This document shows positions 58,599 to 64,000 of a stretch of DNA of 64,000 bases, piece after piece. The first letter of the stretch is position 1. Each line of letters starts with the position of its first letter. Source of the DNA: an uncultured virus (IMG/VR IMGVR_UViG_3300025769_000004) (lineage: Duplodnaviria > Heunggongvirae > Uroviricota > Caudoviricetes > Crassvirales); the IMG/VR virus record IMGVR_UViG_3300025769_000004; one strand, written 5' to 3'. The notes beneath the pieces are model-generated. The model had not been told where the DNA came from, ran no database searches, and was given only the letters and a program-made list of their open reading frames with translations. A program made the translations under genes and the position numbers.

Positions 58599-58753
58599 TG
58601 GCAAGAAAGGCAACTCGCAGAAAGAAAACTTCATGTTGGCCTGGTTACAAGGCTGAAGGTAAAAAGAAATCTCCTAGTGGAAAAAAAGTTAACGGTAAGA
58701 TAAAAATGGTTAACAATTGTGTTAAAATAGGAAAAAAGAAAAAGAAGAAGTAA
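58598..58753 (+). CDS. Basic CWPGY-motif peptide (not in ORF track)
   Basis: 51 aa MARKATRRKKTSCWPGY...KMVNNCVKIGKKKKKK; TAATG coupling at both ends. Confidence 0.65.
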   Translation: MARKATRRKKTSCWPGYKAEGKKKSPSGKKVNGKIKMVNNCVKIGKKKKKK

Positions 58754-59013
58754 TGGACGATGCTAGTTATGAAAAATCAAATCGCGAGATGCGAGCTAAG
58801 TACACTAAAGAAACTAAAAGAGTTTTAGGTAAAAGACAAACTAAAGGCAAAGGTAAACGTAGAGTCTCTTTTGCTTGTAGATTTGCAGGCATGAAAGGGC
58901 CTATGAAAAAACCTAATGGTAAGCCAACTAGAAAAGCTAGAGCTTTAAAAAAGTGGGGATTTGGAAGTGTTGAAGCGGCTAGAAAATTTTGTAATGCTAA
59001 TAAAGAAAAATAG
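58753..59013 (+). CDS. Small basic phage protein
   Basis: RRVSFACRFAGMKGPM...ALKKWG. Confidence 0.6.
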   Translation: MDDASYEKSNREMRAKYTKETKRVLGKRQTKGKGKRRVSFACRFAGMKGPMKKPNGKPTRKARALKKWGFGSVEAARKFCNANKEK

Positions 59014-59015
59014 TT

Positions 59016-59102
59016 ATGGGTAAAATAAAAAAAACATATTCAAAGCCAAAGCCAAAGTGTAAAACTTGTGGCAAGTCACATTCTGGTAAATGTAAAAAAT
59101 GA
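59016..59102 (+). CDS. 28-aa basic zinc-knuckle-like peptide (not in ORF track)
   Basis: MGKIKKTYSKPKPKCKTCGKSHSGKCKK; ATGA coupling to the next ORF. Confidence 0.5.
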   Translation: MGKIKKTYSKPKPKCKTCGKSHSGKCKK

Positions 59103-59254
59103 AGTCAAAAGGACTAGGAGACACTATACATAAATTCACCACAGCCACAGGGATTAAAAAGTTAGCAGACAAAATACCTGGAGGTTGTGGTTGTAATAAG
59201 CGTAAAGACTGGTTAAACAACAACTTCCCGTATAGCAAAAATATAAAAAGATAA
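59099..59254 (+). CDS. Small phage protein (not in ORF track)
   Basis: 51 aa MKSKGLGDTI...GCGCNKRKDWLN. Confidence 0.65.
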   Translation: MKSKGLGDTIHKFTTATGIKKLADKIPGGCGCNKRKDWLNNNFPYSKNIKR

Positions 59255-59256
59255 TT

Positions 59257-59457
59257 ATGAGTAAACTATCAACTGAAGCTAGGAAAAAACTAAGAGACGA
59301 TCAATTCTGTGGACCAGATAGATCTTTTCCAGTAAATGATTGTGACCATGTTACAGCGGCTAAAAGAATGATTAGTAGATATAAAGGTCCAGGAGATAAA
59401 AATTCAATAATGACTTGTGTTAAAAATAAAGAAAAAACACTAAGTTGTAAAAAATAA
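59257..59457 (+). CDS. Small basic phage protein
   Basis: LS...RKKL.DDQF...RSFPVND..HV.AA. Confidence 0.6.
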   Translation: MSKLSTEARKKLRDDQFCGPDRSFPVNDCDHVTAAKRMISRYKGPGDKNSIMTCVKNKEKTLSCKK

Positions 59458-59460
59458 GTT

Positions 59461-59619
59461 ATGGAAAAAGCAAAAGCAATTATAAATCACCCATTATCTA
59501 AAGCTGTTTTAGCTGGAGCATGTGGTGCTATGTTACTATTAGAATCTCACCCAATGTACGCTGGTGTAGCATTTGGATATTCATTAAGAGAAGTTTTATT
59601 AGCGTTTAAAGCAGATTAA
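59461..59619 (+). CDS. Small membrane protein (not in ORF track)
   Basis: 52 aa with two hydrophobic stretches. Confidence 0.55.
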   Translation: MEKAKAIINHPLSKAVLAGACGAMLLLESHPMYAGVAFGYSLREVLLAFKAD

Positions 59620-59621
59620 TC

Positions 59622-60002
59622 ATGGATGTTAATTCAATTGACCAGAGCGGTCCTATTAAAAGTTGGTTTAAAAATACTTTTAGTAAATTAGGCAAAAGAA
59701 CTAGACTCAACGATGGTGGACATCTTAAAGCAAAATCAAGAAAAAGCTCTATTAGTTTTAGCCAAGCTGCTAAAATGTACGAAGATAGACCTACTAATCC
59801 TCCTGTTCCTAAAGAAATGAAATCATGGAAAGAAAAAGGAATAAGCGTAGATGATGCTAAAGCAATATCTAACTATAAAAATCAAATTGGAAATACTTCT
59901 TTTGGTGAACAAACATACAATAAAGAAAAAGGAATAAAACCAAAACCATCTACCACAAAACCTCTTGTAGATCCAATAGCTAAAGAAGACGATAATAACT
60001 AA
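59622..60002 (+). CDS. Hypothetical basic protein
   Basis: 126-aa ORF. Confidence 0.5.
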   Translation: MDVNSIDQSGPIKSWFKNTFSKLGKRTRLNDGGHLKAKSRKSSISFSQAAKMYEDRPTNPPVPKEMKSWKEKGISVDDAKAISNYKNQIGNTSFGEQTYNKEKGIKPKPSTTKPLVDPIAKEDDNN

Positions 60003-60013
60003 TAAAATTAATT

Positions 60014-60937
60014 ATGCCAGATCTAAATATACTATCTAAAGATGCATTTGACGAGCATGAGGGAAAGCAGGTTGGTAATAAAAAATATATTTCAGCTAAC
60101 ACCCCTGAAAAAAATTATGAGTCAAAAGGTAAAGCAAAAAACCAATCTACATTATCAGAGGATGAATACATGCAGAAATATAATAAGAGACATCCTGGTA
60201 TGTCTGCTCAAGAGATAAATAACCATTATGAAAGTAATGTTATTGGAGAAAATAGTTTTAAAAAGTTTAATGATTTAGCTGGATTAAACCAAGTAGTTAC
60301 ATATGAGGAAAATGGTATAGTAAATAGAGAAACTCAAACAAACGTTACTAATGATGGAGGGAGCAGTACGGATATTATACCCAAAAAAGAATATACATAT
60401 TCAGTGACTGGGGGAAAAAGCAAAACTGGTGAAGGAAATAAAAAGTCAAGTGGCTCTGGGAAAAAAAGATTATTTAAAAGAATAAAGGAAAAGTTTAACA
60501 ACGAAAAGGTAGAATCTAAAACAGGTAAATACTGCACTAACAGCAATGAGCATGGATGTGATATGGATGTTAGTAAGTTACAAGGAGCAAGTGACAAAGC
60601 AGACGACAAAGCATATAACAAAGCTCAAAAAGATAGAAGTTATAGAGTAAAAAAAGATGGCACTCAAGTTTTGAAAAAAGAATTTGCACCAGGCCAATGG
60701 TTTAGCGAAAAGATGGAAACTCATAGAATCAACAAATCTAAAAGTCAAGCTCAAAGTAGTAGAAAAAAACAACAAAGGCAAATAAATAGAGAAAGAAATA
60801 AAAGAAATAGAGTTAATTCTAGAGAGCATCAACACAATAATCCTCAAAATTATAACAAGGTTAGTAATTTCTTTAACGAACTGTCTTATAAAAAAGACAA
60901 GCCAAAAGGGTCAAGAACAATTGAAGCTTCATTTTGA
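60014..60937 (+). CDS. Hypothetical K/N/S-rich protein
   Basis: 307 aa, likely disordered. Confidence 0.5.
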   Translation: MPDLNILSKDAFDEHEGKQVGNKKYISANTPEKNYESKGKAKNQSTLSEDEYMQKYNKRHPGMSAQEINNHYESNVIGENSFKKFNDLAGLNQVVTYEENGIVNRETQTNVTNDGGSSTDIIPKKEYTYSVTGGKSKTGEGNKKSSGSGKKRLFKRIKEKFNNEKVESKTGKYCTNSNEHGCDMDVSKLQGASDKADDKAYNKAQKDRSYRVKKDGTQVLKKEFAPGQWFSEKMETHRINKSKSQAQSSRKKQQRQINRERNKRNRVNSREHQHNNPQNYNKVSNFFNELSYKKDKPKGSRTIEASF

Positions 60938-61389
60938 TGAGTAAGAAAAAGAAAAAATTTAAAGAAACTAAAGTTGGAGTATTTTTAAAAGAAAAAGCTC
61001 CTAACATATTAAATACAGTAGGTGAGTTTCTTCCTGATCAAGGAGGACTTGGTATTGTAAAAAATCTTATATCAGGTGATTCTAGTATAGAGCCGCGTGA
61101 TAAAGAAACTGCTTTAAAACTTTTAGATCAAGACATAGCAGAAATGAATAACATCTCAGAAAGATGGGCTAGCGATATGAAAAGTGACTCCTGGTTAAGT
61201 AAAAATACAAGACCTATGACACTTATATTTCTAACATTAGCTATGACAATATTTATAATACTAGATTCTACAGTGTTATTAGAAATTAAGACAGGTTGGG
61301 TTTCACTATTAGAAGCTTTACTTATTACAGTATATGTAGCGTACTTTGGGTCTAGAGGCGCTGAGAAAATAACAAAAATAAAAAAATAA
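60934..61389 (+). CDS. Putative holin (3TM/GTA-holin-like)
   Basis: RWASDMKSDSWLSKNTRP, two TM helices, AYFGSRG.EK. Confidence 0.65.
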   Translation: MMSKKKKKFKETKVGVFLKEKAPNILNTVGEFLPDQGGLGIVKNLISGDSSIEPRDKETALKLLDQDIAEMNNISERWASDMKSDSWLSKNTRPMTLIFLTLAMTIFIILDSTVLLEIKTGWVSLLEALLITVYVAYFGSRGAEKITKIKK

Positions 61390-61391
61390 CA

Positions 61392-61646
61392 ATGGGATAC
61401 GCTAAAGGAGATTTCTCAAGTCAAGCAAGAGTATTTGCTCACGACGCACAAGCTATAGTTGTAGGTGAAGATCTAGACGATGTTTGTGTATATGTTGGTA
61501 CAGGTGGTGATATAACTGTCACTATGCAAAGTGGTAGAACTGGTGTGGTTTTTAAAAATGTTCCAGCTGGAGCGTTTTTACCAGTGCTAGTTAAAAAAGT
61601 TGAAGCTGTAGGTAATGGAGCAGCTGATCTATTAGCACTATACTAG
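61392..61646 (+). CDS. Small beta-rich structural protein
   Basis: VYVGTGGDITV...FKNVPAGAFLPV.V..V...ALY. Confidence 0.55.
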   Translation: MGYAKGDFSSQARVFAHDAQAIVVGEDLDDVCVYVGTGGDITVTMQSGRTGVVFKNVPAGAFLPVLVKKVEAVGNGAADLLALY

Positions 61647-61647
61647 C

Positions 61648-61797
61648 ATGTGGTTAGGTATTGGCTACACTATCCCCATGGTTGGAGACAGGAATTTAAA
61701 GATTCCAGTAGATGGTGGATTTATAGAATTAGAACCTAACTCTTTTTTAATAGAGCTAGAGGGCACTGGAGTTACTGATAAAATCACATTAGAATAA
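61648..61797 (+). CDS. Small protein (not in ORF track)
   Basis: 49 aa MWLGIGYTIP... filling the gap before the fibre gene. Confidence 0.5.
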   Translation: MWLGIGYTIPMVGDRNLKIPVDGGFIELEPNSFLIELEGTGVTDKITLE

Positions 61798-61807
61798 AAC
61801 AAACAAA

Positions 61808-63274
61808 ATGGCAAATGAAAAAATAAGTGCATTTAGCACTATATCAACTATACCAGGCGGACCTATACAAATAAAAGAGGTAGAAGGTATTGCAGCGTAC
61901 TGTGATGATCCTAATAATCCGGGTACTAAAGTAAATGTTTCTTTCTCAGGTTCTGATATCGAAGACCTGTATTTACAAGATTTAAACTCAGTACTAAATC
62001 AAGGAAATGAAAGTCCTAATGGTGGCGAAATAAAAATGTTAGACGCTGGCGGATTTAATCCTTTAACTTTCAGCCAAACAGGTTTAGCAGCTTCTCCTTC
62101 TTCAAACATAGCTTTTACAGGTAGTGGCTTTATAACTATGGTCGCTAGTGGTAATGCGGGAGGTATTAGTTTAAGCACAGGTTTTAACACTGGATCAGCT
62201 AATGTTATTGTTACAGCTGGTGCAACAGGTGGAAGATTAGAATTAAGATCTGAAGGACTTTTAAGATTTAATTTTGAATCACCTACAGCTAATCAAGTGT
62301 TACAAACTATTAACACTTCTGGTGATATGGAGTGGGTTGATCTTCCTTCAGGAGCAGCATCAGGCCTTGGAGATGTTTTAACTACTGACAACGAAAGCGA
62401 TGATGGTCAAATATTAGCAATGATAGATGGCGCTGAACGATTAGAAGTTTCAAAAGATATAATAAGACACACAGGCGTTTCAGGTGATTTTGATATTATA
62501 AATGCAAACGGAACGTTAAGACTTTCTGCTAATGGTGGTTTGGGCTTAATACTAAATTCATCTAATACTATAAAAGTACTTGACGATGTTGAATTTGATG
62601 TTAACGGAATTATAGATAGATTAGGAAATTTAGGTACTGGAGGACAAGCATTACTTAGTACCGGAAGTGCTCTAGAGTGGACAACTTACGGTCTTGAACA
62701 AGTGTTACAAACTAGTAGCGCTGCTGGAACTGGTCAATCAATAACATTTACAGATGGAACTAATATAAATGTATTAAGTGTAACAGGTTTTGACTCAGCT
62801 TCAACGGCTACTTTAGAAGTGAAAAGCAGTGGAGCAAACGTTGAGGTAAATTCTGTAAACAATGACGTAATACTAAAAGGTGGTGGTGATCTTGTTTTAG
62901 AAAATACAGGACTAGGCACTCCAGTCTCTGGTGATTACTTAGTAGCTGACGGAGTAACTGGAAAAGCTAAATGGCAAACAGATCCAAAAGCTTTTGTTAC
63001 ATTAACTGGATCTCCAACTTGGGTTATAAGAAATGGGTACAACGCAACTTGGAATATAGCCGCTGGATCAGAAACACTCAGCATAACTGCTGATGATGGA
63101 GACTCTGGAACATTAATTGTGATAAACAATGGTGGTGAAATTACTTGGCCGGCAAACTCTAATTGGCCTGACGCTACAGAACCTACATTAACAGCCACAG
63201 GTACAGATGTATTTAGCTTTATTTATGATGGAACTAATTATTACTGGAGCTTTGGTCAAAACTTTGGCGCGTAA
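61808..63274 (+). CDS. Tail fibre-like protein
   Basis: Repeated L..VL..GN and W junction motifs, G/S/T-rich; C-terminal WP...PTLT...DVFSFIYDGTNYY domain. Confidence 0.65.
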   Translation: MANEKISAFSTISTIPGGPIQIKEVEGIAAYCDDPNNPGTKVNVSFSGSDIEDLYLQDLNSVLNQGNESPNGGEIKMLDAGGFNPLTFSQTGLAASPSSNIAFTGSGFITMVASGNAGGISLSTGFNTGSANVIVTAGATGGRLELRSEGLLRFNFESPTANQVLQTINTSGDMEWVDLPSGAASGLGDVLTTDNESDDGQILAMIDGAERLEVSKDIIRHTGVSGDFDIINANGTLRLSANGGLGLILNSSNTIKVLDDVEFDVNGIIDRLGNLGTGGQALLSTGSALEWTTYGLEQVLQTSSAAGTGQSITFTDGTNINVLSVTGFDSASTATLEVKSSGANVEVNSVNNDVILKGGGDLVLENTGLGTPVSGDYLVADGVTGKAKWQTDPKAFVTLTGSPTWVIRNGYNATWNIAAGSETLSITADDGDSGTLIVINNGGEITWPANSNWPDATEPTLTATGTDVFSFIYDGTNYYWSFGQNFGA

Positions 63275-63954
63275 TGAGTAGTCGTAAACAAACAATGTTT
63301 AGAGCTATGCTACCTAACGGTGGTGGAGCTGGTCCATTACCACCTCAAGGTCTTTCACTAGATATATTTACTTCAGGGACGAACTCTACAGACACATCAT
63401 CCACTACTGTTAGTAATTATAATCAATACTTTAGATATAGCTGTATGCACATGTTTATAAGTGATACAGAACTAAATGCTGCTAACTCAGGTTCAAAAAC
63501 TTTAACAGGAATACAAGTTGAGGGAGCCTCAAGCACAAATACTGACTCTTGTCCCGATATGAGAATATATGTAGCTCATACTAATGAAGTTTTTTTAAGC
63601 ACATTAATGGAAACTGATATATCTCAATCCTCTAGCTTTAGTTACTTTGATAGAGCACAAGTGTATGACGGTTCAGAGTTTTTAGATTCAGGATGGAACA
63701 CTATAGATTTTGATACCAACTTCGTGTATGATGGGACAAGTAATGTTGTTATAACAATGGAGAAAAGATATGGATTTTACGATGTGGGCTCTAGCAGATG
63801 GAAGGCATTGTATGGGTCAAGATTTAATTCTTTTAGATCAGCGGTCTATAATTCAGATTCTACAGCTAGTTCAAACTTTCCACAAAGCTCTTCAGCAATG
63901 ACAACTTTAGGTGGGAATACACAAAATACTATAAATTTAAAAATCAACTATTAA
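63274..63954 (+). CDS. Putative receptor-binding/beta-sandwich protein
   Basis: GWNTIDFDTNFVYDGTSNVVI motif; coupled to the fibre gene. Confidence 0.5.
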   Translation: MSSRKQTMFRAMLPNGGGAGPLPPQGLSLDIFTSGTNSTDTSSTTVSNYNQYFRYSCMHMFISDTELNAANSGSKTLTGIQVEGASSTNTDSCPDMRIYVAHTNEVFLSTLMETDISQSSSFSYFDRAQVYDGSEFLDSGWNTIDFDTNFVYDGTSNVVITMEKRYGFYDVGSSRWKALYGSRFNSFRSAVYNSDSTASSNFPQSSSAMTTLGGNTQNTINLKINY

Positions 63955-64000
63955 TGACTTTAACAGAAGAAATAGAAGGAACTGGAGCTACTGTTGTATA

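Noticed and set aside
389..63198. Many short antisense or out-of-frame ORFs in the track (e.g. 3093..3392, 5837..6160, 32045..32395, 54972..55553)
   Set aside because: They are nested within long, well-supported genes and are best explained as codon-bias shadows.

Overview
AT-rich dsDNA tailed-phage genome segment, most likely a podovirus-type phage of Bacteroidetes/Flavobacteria (inferred from gene content; no host genes seen). It has three blocks. (1) 1-30.3 kb, + strand: terminase (5' end cut by the window), portal, scaffold, major capsid, adaptor/tail-stabilisation proteins, putative ejected proteins and a 3670-aa multidomain protein. (2) 30.4-49.8 kb, - strand: class II ribonucleotide reductase, endonuclease, two MazG-like proteins, a thymidylate-synthase-fold enzyme with T4 gp42 (dCMP hydroxymethylase) signatures, primase-helicase, SSB, exonuclease, ERF, sigma factor, HTH protein, ligase, then many small early genes punctuated by nine copies of a 33-bp promoter-like motif. 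(3) 50.1-64 kb, + strand: fibre-like proteins, groEL-groES, lysis genes and many small basic ORFs. Most notable: a tRNA-like non-coding RNA abutting an unannotated ArfA-like 42-aa ORF (possible ribosome-rescue module), a probable cytosine-modification pathway, three related palindromes (one over the HTH gene start, two near the strand switch), the promoter-cassette array, and a candidate RNA switch. All functional calls come from motif reading and recalled reference sequences, not database searches.
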